This document shows positions 19,975-29,837 of a stretch of DNA of 64,000 nt, piece by piece. Under the pieces are notes generated by a model. It had not been told where the DNA came from. It was given only the letters and a program-made list of their open reading frames with translations, and did not search any database. The translations under genes were made by a program, and so were the position numbers. Numbering within the stretch: the stretch's first letter is position 1; each line of letters begins with the position of its first letter. The DNA comes from an uncultured Rikenellaceae bacterium (lineage in GTDB: Bacteria > Bacteroidota > Bacteroidia > Bacteroidales > VadinHA17), in contig CAZHRV010000144.1 of the NCBI GenBank assembly GCA_964535035.1, positions 3,974-67,973 on the forward strand, given 5' to 3'.

Positions 19975-20640
19975 ATGGCCCGTTATTTGATAACTTTGCA
20001 TGAGAACGTTATACTAGTGAAACTGGCATTGCAGATATTAATATTTGTATTTCTGTTTATTTGTGCGTCAGGACAGACAGATACAACCGGAACGGAAAAT
20101 GATACCATTCAAAACCGTATCTACCTGCTGCAGAATGTAAAAAGGGATGGAGAGATTTTGCCTGAGATCGAAATAAAAGAGGTCGTGGTTCTCGGTGATC
20201 AGGGCAGGAGTGAGAGAAGGATGAGATCCCAGTTCAGGAAGTATGAAAGGCTTGTTTATAATCTGAAAAAGGTTTACCCTTATGCCGTTATCGTAAGAAA
20301 CCGGCTGGCAGAGGTAAATGCAGAACTTGTACGTATGGATAATGAAAAGGATAGAAGAGATTATATTAAGAATGTGGAAAAAGATGTTTTCGGAGAATAT
20401 GAGGATGATATCAGAAATATGACATTCACCCAGGGGAAGCTGCTTATTAAGCTTATAGACAGGGAAACATATAATACTTCATATGACCTGATACGCCAAT
20501 ACCGGGGTTTTATAAGTGCTGCCTTCTGGCAGGGGATAGCACGTATTTTCGGCACAAACCTGAAGGCAGAATATGACCCTTATGGTGAAGATATACTGAT
20601 TGAACTTATAATCCAGGATATCCGGATGGGATTGTTATGA
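19975..20640 (+). CDS. Conserved Bacteroidota exported protein of unknown function (resembles DUF4294)
   Basis: 221-aa ORF with an N-terminal hydrophobic signal (LALQILIFVFLFICASGQ). The family assignment is from memory only. The start codon is uncertain. Confidence 0.6.
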   Translation: MARYLITLHENVILVKLALQILIFVFLFICASGQTDTTGTENDTIQNRIYLLQNVKRDGEILPEIEIKEVVVLGDQGRSERRMRSQFRKYERLVYNLKKVYPYAVIVRNRLAEVNAELVRMDNEKDRRDYIKNVEKDVFGEYEDDIRNMTFTQGKLLIKLIDRETYNTSYDLIRQYRGFISAAFWQGIARIFGTNLKAEYDPYGEDILIELIIQDIRMGLL

Positions 20641-20665
20641 TCCTTTAAAACATAACCGGAAAAAA

Positions 20666-21223
20666 GTGAAAAGAATTTTTATCGGGATAAAAATTGAACC
20701 TGACGGGACACTGCTGAGAATGATCAATTCTCTTAAGGCTGTATTGGTAAATGATAAGATCAACTGGGTTGATCAGGCTAACATTCATATTACATTAGCT
20801 TTCCTCGGTGATACTGAAGAAGAGAGAATAACGGTAGCGGCAATAATGCTCAGGCAGGTATGCCAGGGTTTTGGCGTATTCAGCTTTAATCTGTCAGGAG
20901 CGGGGGTCTTTAAAAACTTCCATGACCCGCGCGTAATATGGACGGGCATTGATAATTCAGCAGAGCTCGGTCGACTCAACCATCTGGTAGTGACAGGACT
21001 GAGGGATACAGGATTCAGTATTGAGGATCGCCCTTTCAAGCCCCATATTACAATTGGAAGGATTAAGTCCATAAAGGATCCGGACTTGCTCAGGAGAGCC
21101 CTTGAAAGATACCGGGATATTACTTTTCAAAATGTTTCAGTCAGAGAGGTTATTCTTTTTGAGAGCATCCTCAAACCTGGCGGCCCTGAATATAAACCAT
21201 CAGGAATATTCAGATTATCCTGA
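20666..21223 (+). CDS. thpR: RNA 2',3'-cyclic phosphodiesterase (2H phosphoesterase, ThpR/LigT family)
   Basis: 185-aa ORF with a GTG start. Two HxT motifs at the expected spacing (NIHITLAFLG and KPHITIGRI). Confidence 0.85.
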   Translation: MKRIFIGIKIEPDGTLLRMINSLKAVLVNDKINWVDQANIHITLAFLGDTEEERITVAAIMLRQVCQGFGVFSFNLSGAGVFKNFHDPRVIWTGIDNSAELGRLNHLVVTGLRDTGFSIEDRPFKPHITIGRIKSIKDPDLLRRALERYRDITFQNVSVREVILFESILKPGGPEYKPSGIFRLS

Positions 21224-21234
21224 GCATCTGCACT

Positions 21235-21882
21235 CTATACTCCCTTGCCCTTGACGATGACTCCAATTGTATAGATCAATATTTTAAGGTCGAACCACAT
21301 TGATCTGTGCTTCAGATAGAACAGATCATACCGGGCCCTTTCAACCATCTCTTCTACATTTGAAGCATAACCGAATTTCACTTGTCCCCAGGAAGTAATG
21401 CCCGGTTTAACCTTCTGGAGTTCAATATATCCGGGTTCTGTCAGCAAAATCCGGTCAATAAAGAACTGACGTTCAGGCCGTGGCCCGACAATTCTCAAAT
21501 CTCCCTTTATTACATTTATGAAATTTGGAATTTCATCAATACGGTATCTTCTCAGGAATCTTCCGAAATTTGTCACCCTCTCTTTATCGCTTCCCGAGAG
21601 AAGCGGCCTTCCATGTTCGGAATTGTACTTCATGGATCTGAATTTGTATATAAGAAACGGCTTCCCGTATTTACCAACCCGGTCCTGTGTATAGATAACT
21701 GGTCCCCTGCCGGAGATCTTAATAACTGCTGCTACTATAACTATCAGCGGACTTAAAACTATCAGAATAATCACCGATAAAAGAGGATCAGCAATACACC
21801 GGATCCGGTCATAGAGGCTTCTGCTGCCTTGCAGAGAATCATCAATTCTGTTTATACCGGCTGGATCGGGTTTCGTAATCAA
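21235..21882 (-). CDS. Polyprenyl-phosphate sugar-phosphate transferase (small monotopic 'bacterial sugar transferase' family, WbaP C-terminal/PglC-like)
   Basis: 215-aa ORF with an N-terminal re-entrant helix (LLSVIILIVLSPLIVIVAAVI) followed by GPVIYTQDRVGKYGKPFLIYKFRSM, DEIPNFINVIKGDLRIVGPRP and WDLKIL motifs. Confidence 0.85.
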   Translation of the reverse strand: MITKPDPAGINRIDDSLQGSRSLYDRIRCIADPLLSVIILIVLSPLIVIVAAVIKISGRGPVIYTQDRVGKYGKPFLIYKFRSMKYNSEHGRPLLSGSDKERVTNFGRFLRRYRIDEIPNFINVIKGDLRIVGPRPERQFFIDRILLTEPGYIELQKVKPGITSWGQVKFGYASNVEEMVERARYDLFYLKHRSMWFDLKILIYTIGVIVKGKGV

Positions 21883-21971
21883 TACCGGGGAAATTAATTT
21901 TTTGATTGCATGAAGATAAAAATTTTTATTAACCTGTGATAAACTGCATGCATCCGGTTAAACAATTTTTC

Positions 21972-21979
21972 TATTTTTG
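21972..21979 (+). promoter_or_regulatory. -7 promoter box TATTTTTG upstream of pcm
   Basis: Matches TAnnTTTG, 15 nt upstream of ATG 21994. Confidence 0.35.
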
Positions 21980-21993
21980 TCCTTTAAGAATAA

Positions 21994-22656
21994 ATGAAAA
22001 GAGACCATATAGACGACTCTTTTGAAGCAAAGGGCAAAAGAAAAAAACTGGTCGATGAGCTGCGAAGAAAAGGAATAGATGATGAAGAGGTGCTGAGGGC
22101 TATAGGAACCGTCCCCAGGCATATTTTCATGGATCCTGCTTTTCTGAATCATGCTTACGTCGACAAGGCTTTTCCCATAACATCAGGCCAGACAATCTCT
22201 CAACCCTATACTGTTGCCATTCAGACCTTGCTGCTTCAGGTAAAAAAGAGAGATAAAATACTTGAAATAGGTACCGGATCGGGTTACCAGGCAGCAATAC
22301 TTGCAGAAATGGGAGCAAAGGTATATACTATTGAACGATTCAGGGAGCTGTTTCTTAAAGCCCAGGTAAAACTTACCTCACTCGGTTATTCTGCTGATTT
22401 CTTTTATGGCGACGGCTATGAAGGCAAATCGCAGTACGGACCCTTTGACGGAATAATCATTACAGCCGCAGTTTCGGAAATACCGGAAATCCTTCTGAAA
22501 CAACTTAAAACCGGTGGCAGGCTGGTTGTCCCCCTTGGAGGGGGTGGAACACAGGTTATGACCCTGGTACAGCGGACAGGAGAAGATACTTTTGATTATT
22601 CCTCTCACGGTTTTTTTGCTTTTGTTCCCATGCTTAAAGGGAAAGTGAACGGATAA
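21994..22656 (+). CDS. pcm: Protein-L-isoaspartate O-methyltransferase
   Basis: 220-aa ORF with TISQPYTVA and the SAM motif ILEIGTGSGYQAA. Confidence 0.9.
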   Translation: MKRDHIDDSFEAKGKRKKLVDELRRKGIDDEEVLRAIGTVPRHIFMDPAFLNHAYVDKAFPITSGQTISQPYTVAIQTLLLQVKKRDKILEIGTGSGYQAAILAEMGAKVYTIERFRELFLKAQVKLTSLGYSADFFYGDGYEGKSQYGPFDGIIITAAVSEIPEILLKQLKTGGRLVVPLGGGGTQVMTLVQRTGEDTFDYSSHGFFAFVPMLKGKVNG

Positions 22657-22665
22657 TAAATAATT

Positions 22666-23301
22666 ATGGAAATATCTAAACTTGTCTTTAGCCCTATTGA
22701 TGTCAATACATATATCCTTTCAGATAAAAAAGGCAAATGTGCCGTAATCGACTGTGGCTGCTGCGATGGGGGTGAATTTGAAGAACTTGATTATCTCATC
22801 AGGCGGAAAAAACTTGAGCCTGTTCTTCTGCTGAATACACACTGTCATCCCGATCATATCTTCGGCGACAGAATGTTTCTTGAGAAATATAATCTTAGAG
22901 CTTACTGTCATGCCGAGGAAGAGATGAACAGGCAAAATGCACAACAATTCGCAATGTTTTTTGGTTTGACAATGGATACACCTGCTGATCCTGCCGGCTT
23001 TATTATTGATAAACAGGTGATTTCATTCGGATCAGAAACCCTTCTTGCCTTGCATGTGCCGGGACATGCCCCGGGAAGCCTTGCTTTTTACAGTGAAAAA
23101 GAGAAGGTTGTATTTACGGGTGATGCTCTTTTCGCTGGAAGCATTGGAAGGAGCGATATTCCAGGCGGTGACCGTAAAACACTTATTGAGAGCATTAAGA
23201 GAGAGCTATTTACCCTCCCTCCTGAAACCGTTGTTTATCCCGGCCATGGTGAGGCAACAACTATTGAAAAGGAAATGAACAGCAACCCCTACTTCAGGTA
23301 A
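22666..23301 (+). CDS. MBL-fold metallo-hydrolase (glyoxalase II-like)
   Basis: 211-aa ORF with the HCHPDH metal motif, HVPGHAPGS and FTGDALF. Confidence 0.85.
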   Translation: MEISKLVFSPIDVNTYILSDKKGKCAVIDCGCCDGGEFEELDYLIRRKKLEPVLLLNTHCHPDHIFGDRMFLEKYNLRAYCHAEEEMNRQNAQQFAMFFGLTMDTPADPAGFIIDKQVISFGSETLLALHVPGHAPGSLAFYSEKEKVVFTGDALFAGSIGRSDIPGGDRKTLIESIKRELFTLPPETVVYPGHGEATTIEKEMNSNPYFR

Positions 23302-23313
23302 AGTAAATACCTT

Positions 23314-23321
23314 TAAATTTG
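23314..23321 (+). promoter_or_regulatory. -7 promoter box TAAATTTG upstream of gcvP
   Basis: Matches TAnnTTTG. It overlaps the palindrome TTTGCAG-gagaatt-CTGCAAA (23318-23338). Confidence 0.35.
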
Positions 23322-23363
23322 CAGGAGAATTCTGCAAACAATCCTGATAGTAAGTAGTATAAA

Positions 23364-26273
23364 ATGAACAATATGGATTTTAAAAAATCAGAATATATGT
23401 CTTTTGATAAATTTGTTAACCGTCATAACGGCCCGCGCAATCATGAATTGCCGAAGATGCTTGAGATTATTGGCGTGGATTCCCTGGAGCAGTTAGTTGA
23501 CAAGACAATGCCCCCGGAAATAAGACTCTCAAAATCCCTCAGCCTGCCGGAGGCAATGAGCGAATATGAGTATCTGAACCATATCAGAAAACTCGGGGCA
23601 AAGAATAAAATATTCCGTTCATTTATCGGACAGGGTTATTATGGAGTGGCATTGTTGTCGGTGATCATCAGGAATGTGCTGGAAAATCCTTCATGGTACA
23701 CTTCATATACACCCTATCAGGCTGAAATATCACAGGGACGGCTTGAGGCCCTGTTGAATTTTCAGACAATGATAATTGAGCTTACAGGTATGCAAATAGC
23801 TAATGCCTCACTGCTTGATGAATCTACTGCGGCTGCAGAGGCCATGATAATGATGTTTAACGCCAGGTCGCGGGCAGCAGTCAAGACGGGTGGAAATAAA
23901 TTCTTTGTTGATGAGGATATCTTCCCTCAGACTATAGAAGTGATTAAGACGCGATCTAAACCTCTTGGCATTGAGCTTATTACTGGGAAATATGATGAGG
24001 CACTCTTTGATGAGATGGTCTTCGGGGCATTTGTTCAGTATCCTGCTGCATCAGGAGAGATAAGGGATTATAAGGAGTTTACAGAGAGGGCTCATTCTGC
24101 CGGAGTCCTCGTGGGCGTTGCAGCTGACCTGATGAGTCTCGCGATTCTCACTCCCCCGGGAGAATGGGGAGCGGATATTGTAGTGGGCTCAAACCAGAGA
24201 TTTGGTTTGCCAATGAGCTTCGGAGGACCTCATGCAGGATATTTTGCCACAAGGGATGAGATGAAAAGAAGCATGCCGGGAAGAATTATTGGAGTATCGA
24301 TTGATGCCCAGGGAGACAGAGCATTAAGAATGGCACTCCAAACCAGAGAACAGCATATTAAACGTGAAAGGGCTACTTCAAATATATGCACAGCCCAGGC
24401 TCTCCTGGCAACCATGAGCGGAATGTATGCCCAGTACCACGGCCCGGAGGGATTGAAAAGAATAGCAACTCATATCCATAGGTCTGCATGTACACTGAGC
24501 TTTTCACTGAAAGAACTTGGCTATAATCAGGTAAATACCATCTTTTTTGACACAATCAGGATCAGGGTGAATAATGTAAATAATATTAGGAGCCTCTCGG
24601 AAGCCGCAGGAATAAACTTCTTCTACCCTGATGAAAATACAGTCAGCATAAGCACCGACGAAATAACCTCTTTCTCCGATATTAACGATATACTTGAGAT
24701 CTTTGCAAAGGATGCAGGGGGGAAACATGAACCGGTAAATTCCTACTGTGACTGTAAATGCATTGATGCAAAATTCCTTCGGAAAACAGAATATCTTAAA
24801 GCAGCCTCCTTTAACATCTACCACAGTGAAACGGAGATGATGCGTTACATTAAAATGCTTGAAAGGAAGGATTTCTCTCTTACTCACAGCATGATATCCC
24901 TTGGCTCATGTACAATGAAACTGAATCCGGCAACCGCAATGTTTGCAATGAGCTGGCCGGAATTTGCCGATATACACCCTTTTGTACCCAAAGATCAGGC
25001 TCTGGGATATTACCAGCTCATGGATGAACTGGGTGACGCATTAAAGGAGATCACCGGTTTTTCAGCTATCTCCTTTCAGCCTAATTCAGGGGCTGCCGGT
25101 GAATATGCAGGACTAATGGTCATTAGGGAATACTATCAGAGCCGGGGTGAATCTCACAGGAATGTAGTTCTTATTCCTTCGTCGTCACACGGAACAAACC
25201 CGGCAAGCGCTGTGATGGCAGGTATGCAGGTTGTAGTTGTTGATTGTGATGAAAAGGGCAATATAAATGTTGAGGATCTGAAGAAAAAAGCGGAAGAACA
25301 TAAGGAAAAACTGGCAGCGTTTATGATAACTTATCCTTCAACACATGGTGTTTTTGAGGAGGCTGTTGTTGAAATGACTGAAATCATCCACTCAAACGGG
25401 GGGATGGTATATATGGATGGAGCAAACATGAATGCACAGGTGGGACTTACCAGTCCTGGATACATAGGGGCAGATGTCTGTCATCTGAATCTTCACAAGA
25501 CATTTGCCATTCCGCATGGAGGAGGCGGCCCGGGCATGGGGCCAATACTGGTAAACGACAGCCTGGCATCATTTCTGCCCGGACATCCGCTGGTAAAAAC
25601 CGGCGGAAGCCATGCTGCGACAGCTGTAGCCTCAGCTCCCTTCGGGAGCGGCCATATACTTACAATATCACATGCTTACGTACTTATGATGGGCCCTGAC
25701 GGGCTAACAGAGGCAACAAAATATGCGATACTGAATGCAAATTATATTTCCTTTTCGCTTAAAAAATGGTATAAAACACTCTATACCGGTACCTCAGGGT
25801 TTGTGGCACATGAACTGATTCTTGACTGCAGGAATTTTAAGGCGGAGGCCGGAGTAACCGAAGCTGATATTGCCAAACGACTTATGGATTATGGCTTCCA
25901 TGCACCAACACTTTCATTTCCGGTACATGGTACCTTGATGGTGGAGCCTACAGAATCCGAATCCCTCAGGGAACTTGATAAATTCATTGATGCCATGAAG
26001 TCGGTCTGGAACGAGATACAGGAAATAATTGAGGGCAAAGCTGACAGAGAGGATAATGTACTTCATAATGCACCTCATACAGTAAGAGTTGTCACTGCCG
26101 ATGTATGGAACTATAAATATGACCGGCAGAAGGCCGCATTCCCCGCCGGGTGGATAATAGAAAACAAATTCTGGCCCTCAACCGGTCGTATTGATGACGG
26201 CTATGGCGACCGTAACCTGATCTGTACCTGTGATCCCATAGATTCATACAGATTTGAGACATTAAAATTCTGA
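23364..26273 (+). CDS. gcvP: Glycine dehydrogenase (decarboxylating), single-chain P protein
   Basis: 969-aa ORF. SYTPYQAEISQGRLE, REQHIKRERATSNICT and NLHKTFAIPHGGGGPG (PLP-Lys region) are all characteristic. Confidence 0.95.
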   Translation: MNNMDFKKSEYMSFDKFVNRHNGPRNHELPKMLEIIGVDSLEQLVDKTMPPEIRLSKSLSLPEAMSEYEYLNHIRKLGAKNKIFRSFIGQGYYGVALLSVIIRNVLENPSWYTSYTPYQAEISQGRLEALLNFQTMIIELTGMQIANASLLDESTAAAEAMIMMFNARSRAAVKTGGNKFFVDEDIFPQTIEVIKTRSKPLGIELITGKYDEALFDEMVFGAFVQYPAASGEIRDYKEFTERAHSAGVLVGVAADLMSLAILTPPGEWGADIVVGSNQRFGLPMSFGGPHAGYFATRDEMKRSMPGRIIGVSIDAQGDRALRMALQTREQHIKRERATSNICTAQALLATMSGMYAQYHGPEGLKRIATHIHRSACTLSFSLKELGYNQVNTIFFDTIRIRVNNVNNIRSLSEAAGINFFYPDENTVSISTDEITSFSDINDILEIFAKDAGGKHEPVNSYCDCKCIDAKFLRKTEYLKAASFNIYHSETEMMRYIKMLERKDFSLTHSMISLGSCTMKLNPATAMFAMSWPEFADIHPFVPKDQALGYYQLMDELGDALKEITGFSAISFQPNSGAAGEYAGLMVIREYYQSRGESHRNVVLIPSSSHGTNPASAVMAGMQVVVVDCDEKGNINVEDLKKKAEEHKEKLAAFMITYPSTHGVFEEAVVEMTEIIHSNGGMVYMDGANMNAQVGLTSPGYIGADVCHLNLHKTFAIPHGGGGPGMGPILVNDSLASFLPGHPLVKTGGSHAATAVASAPFGSGHILTISHAYVLMMGPDGLTEATKYAILNANYISFSLKKWYKTLYTGTSGFVAHELILDCRNFKAEAGVTEADIAKRLMDYGFHAPTLSFPVHGTLMVEPTESESLRELDKFIDAMKSVWNEIQEIIEGKADREDNVLHNAPHTVRVVTADVWNYKYDRQKAAFPAGWIIENKFWPSTGRIDDGYGDRNLICTCDPIDSYRFETLKF

Positions 26274-26367
26274 ACCGGGGGAATAGGAGACAATAATATT
26301 ATTATTGCAGAAATAATTTATTTAATTTAGTCGATAAATTATTTTGAGTTAGCCTATTATTAATACT

Positions 26368-27414
26368 ATGCGTAATTCTTCATGGGATGATCTTATAAGA
26401 CTTATAGAAGGGGAGAAGCTGAATTATCAGCCGACAGGATTTATCATTGATAGTCCCTGGATACCAGGCTGGTATGGCATTTCTACAATTGATTACTTTG
26501 TATCGGACGAGTTCTGGTTAAAAGCTAACCTTAAGGTAATAACTACATTTCCGGATACCTGGTTTATGCCGGGATTCTGGTCAGAATACGGCATGTGCAC
26601 TGAACCATCTGCTTTCGGATCAAGGATGATATTCCCGGAAAATGAATTCCCTCATGCCGAAAAAATTATTACCGGAGATATCGATTCACTACCGCAGCCA
26701 AATGTTAAAACCGACGGATTGCTGCCTTTTATGATCAGAAGACTGAAGAACAATGAAAGGGCAATATGGGATACTGACCATCAGATAAGGTTTGCTGTTG
26801 CAAGAGGACCTTTCAACATAGCAAGCTTCCTCATGGGAACAACAGAGTTCATGATGGCTCTTGCCCTCGATCCTGAAGGCACTCACAGGGTTCTTAACAA
26901 GATCACTGATTTTGTCTGCGACTGGTTAAGCTGGCAGAGAGATTGCTTTCCGTCAATAGACGGAGTACTGCTGCTCGACGACATTATAGGCTTCGTAGGG
27001 GAAAATGAATTCGGGGAATTTGTGATCCCCAGTTTCAGAAGGATATTTGAAGTAACCGGAGCCAAAGTGCGTTTTTTGCATAATGATGCCGACGGATTGA
27101 TCACAGCCGGTCATCTTAAGGAAATGGGTGTTAACATGTTCAATTTCTCATACAGGCATTCGATGGGAGAGATCAGGAACCTTGCCGGTACTGAGGTAAT
27201 TCTGGCAGGAAACATTCCTCCAAGAGATATAATGGCTGCAGGAACACCCGAAGAGGTTGAAGTTGCTGTACAAAAAGCGTTCGGTGAGATAGATAACCAT
27301 GATAATATAATATGGTCAGTAGGTGGAGGGATGGCTCCTGATACCAGGGATGAAAATATACACGCATTCATCACAACGGTAAAAAACAATTCAAAACAGA
27401 TATATACAGCCTGA
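26368..27414 (+). CDS. Uroporphyrinogen decarboxylase (URO-D) family protein; not obviously HemE
   Basis: 348-aa ORF. General URO-D/MtaA-like TIM-barrel pattern (FAVARGPFNIASFLMG, LLLDDIIGFVG, LHNDADG). Family-level call only. Confidence 0.55.
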   Translation: MRNSSWDDLIRLIEGEKLNYQPTGFIIDSPWIPGWYGISTIDYFVSDEFWLKANLKVITTFPDTWFMPGFWSEYGMCTEPSAFGSRMIFPENEFPHAEKIITGDIDSLPQPNVKTDGLLPFMIRRLKNNERAIWDTDHQIRFAVARGPFNIASFLMGTTEFMMALALDPEGTHRVLNKITDFVCDWLSWQRDCFPSIDGVLLLDDIIGFVGENEFGEFVIPSFRRIFEVTGAKVRFLHNDADGLITAGHLKEMGVNMFNFSYRHSMGEIRNLAGTEVILAGNIPPRDIMAAGTPEEVEVAVQKAFGEIDNHDNIIWSVGGGMAPDTRDENIHAFITTVKNNSKQIYTA

Positions 27415-27433
27415 TTTCATTCATATAGCATAG

Positions 27434-28834
27434 TTGAAAATGGGAAACGTGCTTTTATTAATCCTCCCTGCCCTTATCCTGGCATCATGCGGATCGGGTG
27501 GAGCAAAAAAACAATCTGATAAAAAATCAAAGGATGCCATGCAAAAGAGCTATCTGGTACATCTGATAACTGTTGATCCGGGACATTTTCATGCAGCCCT
27601 GGTCCAGAAAATAATGTACGATGAGGTTTCTCCTGATGTGTATGTTTATGCCCCGGAAGGTCCTGATTGTCAGCAGTATATAGACAGGATAAATTCATAC
27701 AACAGCCGTTCTGATAATCCGACAGAATGGAATGAGATAGTCTATACCGGTGAAGATTTCCTGAAAGTAATGCTGGAAGAGAAACCGGGCAATGTAGTTG
27801 TATTGTCTGGTAATAATGAGAAAAAAGATGAGTATATTTTAAGATCTGTGAATGCCGGACTGAATGTGCTGGCAGATAAACCCATGATTATTTATCCTGA
27901 GGATTTTATACAGCTTGAGGAAGCCTTTTTAATCGCAAAAGATAAAAGGATTCTGCTTTATGATATTATGACTGAAAGATATGAGGTGACAACTGTACTT
28001 CAGAAACTACTCTCTTCAGAGGAGGAGATCTTCGGAAACCTGATGACCGGAACAAAGGAGGAACCGGCAGTTACAAAGGTAAGTGTACACCATTTTTCAA
28101 AGATAGTATCGGGAACACCCCTGTTGCGTCCGGCCTGGTTCTTTGATGTTAAGCAGCAGGGCGAGGGGATTGTTGACGTAACAACACATCTTGTCGACCT
28201 TATACAATGGGAATGCTTCCCGGAACAAATACTTGATCCTTCCGATATTAATATGGTTGAGGCGAAAAGATGGCCCACAGTAATAAATAAGGAGGAATTT
28301 AGAAAGGTTACGGGCCTTGAAGAATTTCCTGATTACCTTCAGAAGGATGTAAAGAATGGTAAACTGAATGTTTTTGCCAATGGCGAAATGCTCTACCAGA
28401 TTAGGGGAATGTGGGCAAAAGTATCTGTTACATGGAATTACGAAGCACCCCCGGGTGGCGGAGACACCCACTACTCGGTTATGCACGGAACCGAATGCGA
28501 TCTTGTGATCAGGCAGGGAACTGAAGAGAATTTTATACCTGTACTTTATATCGAAAACATAAAGGCAACCAATATGAACGATTTCACAACAAAGCTTGAA
28601 GAGAAGCTGGCAGCTTTTCCATATGATAGTCTTTCCGTTGAAGCGGTGAATGAGAATGTATTGAAAATCAACATACCAGGGAAGTACAGGACCACTCATG
28701 AAGAACATTTTGGACAGGTAACCTCAAAGTTCCTCGAATACTTGAAAGAAGGTAGTCTTCCGGAATGGGAGGTGGCTGGTATAATTACAAAATACTTTAC
28801 TACCACAAGTGCATTAAAAAAGGCAAATGAATAA
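27434..28834 (+). CDS. Exported putative oxidoreductase (Gfo/Idh/MocA-like N-terminus with the 'oxidoreductase C-terminal domain'); lipoprotein
   Basis: 466-aa ORF starting at TTG 27434 or ATG 27440. Lipobox LILASCGSGG. The LITVDPGHFHAALVQK motif is as I recall it for this family. Confidence 0.6.
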   Translation: MKMGNVLLLILPALILASCGSGGAKKQSDKKSKDAMQKSYLVHLITVDPGHFHAALVQKIMYDEVSPDVYVYAPEGPDCQQYIDRINSYNSRSDNPTEWNEIVYTGEDFLKVMLEEKPGNVVVLSGNNEKKDEYILRSVNAGLNVLADKPMIIYPEDFIQLEEAFLIAKDKRILLYDIMTERYEVTTVLQKLLSSEEEIFGNLMTGTKEEPAVTKVSVHHFSKIVSGTPLLRPAWFFDVKQQGEGIVDVTTHLVDLIQWECFPEQILDPSDINMVEAKRWPTVINKEEFRKVTGLEEFPDYLQKDVKNGKLNVFANGEMLYQIRGMWAKVSVTWNYEAPPGGGDTHYSVMHGTECDLVIRQGTEENFIPVLYIENIKATNMNDFTTKLEEKLAAFPYDSLSVEAVNENVLKINIPGKYRTTHEEHFGQVTSKFLEYLKEGSLPEWEVAGIITKYFTTTSALKKANE

Positions 28835-28865
28835 AAAGCATAATCCTAAAGACCTGACGCCTTTA

Positions 28866-29837
28866 TTATATAAACAAATCTTCAATAACCATCGAGTAAA
28901 GCTCCTGCAGATCAATGCCGGCAGCTTCAGCCTGTTTTGGGATTATACTCTCGGGAGTCATCCCCGGTACGGTATTGATTTCAAGGAAAAAGGGCTTGTC
29001 ACCTATAATGATAAAATCTACTCTTACAATGCCCTTACAATCAAGTAAATCGTAAATTTCTGAACTTAAATCCTTTATAGTTTTGGTCAATTCAGATGAG
29101 AGCTTAGCCGGAGTAACCTCATCAGATTTCCCGGGGGTATATTTAGCTTCAAAATCGAAAAATTCATTTTTGCTTATTATCTCGGTCACGGGTAGTACGA
29201 GAGTCTTTTTCCTGCTCTTGATAATGCCGCATGCCACCTCCCTTCCATTCATAAATGTCTCGATCAGAACCTCATCACTTTCCTTAAATGCAATCTCAAC
29301 AGCTGACATCAGATTATCCTTGTCCATGACCTTTGTCACCCCGAAGCTTGATCCGCTGTCATTGGGTTTTACAAAACAGGGTAATCCTGTGTGTCCGATA
29401 ATATTTTCCGGGTCTATCTGGTAACTTTTTCGTATCAGGACAGCTTCAGCCATAGGGATCCTGTACTCTTTCAGAAACAGCTTACAGGCCTGTTTGTTAA
29501 AGGTGAGGGCTGAACAAAAGGATCCGCAGCTGCTGTAAGGGATCTGCATTATATCAAAGTAGCCCTGGAGCAGTCCGTTTTCACCCGGAGACCCGTGAAT
29601 GGCAATAAAGACAGCATCAAACCTGATTTTTGAATCATCAACGATAAGAGAAAAATCATTCTTGTCAATGGAATGATAACGCCCCTTTTTATCTTCCCAG
29701 TACCAGTTTACACCCCTGATCATAATTATAAAAATTGTGTACCTTGAAGATAGAACACTATTCACCGCAGCTGCACTTTTCACAGATATTTCAAATTCTG
29801 AGGAATCACCTCCTGCAACAATGGCAATATTTCTCAT
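28866..29837 (-). CDS. ddl: D-alanine--D-alanine ligase
   Basis: 323-aa ORF with IAIHGSPGENGLLQG, FVKPNDSGSSFGV and EINTVPGMTPESI motifs. Confidence 0.92.
   Translation of the reverse strand: MRNIAIVAGGDSSEFEISVKSAAAVNSVLSSRYTIFIIMIRGVNWYWEDKKGRYHSIDKNDFSLIVDDSKIRFDAVFIAIHGSPGENGLLQGYFDIMQIPYSSCGSFCSALTFNKQACKLFLKEYRIPMAEAVLIRKSYQIDPENIIGHTGLPCFVKPNDSGSSFGVTKVMDKDNLMSAVEIAFKESDEVLIETFMNGREVACGIIKSRKKTLVLPVTEIISKNEFFDFEAKYTPGKSDEVTPAKLSSELTKTIKDLSSEIYDLLDCKGIVRVDFIIIGDKPFFLEINTVPGMTPESIIPKQAEAAGIDLQELYSMVIEDLFI

Noticed and set aside
23302-23363. Glycine riboswitch upstream of gcvP
   Set aside because: The spacer is only 62 nt, too short for even a single glycine aptamer plus expression platform, and no conserved aptamer core is visible.
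28097-28708. 203-aa antisense ORF inside the oxidoreductase gene
   Set aside because: It is a shadow ORF with the same frame-complement pattern and no recognisable domain.
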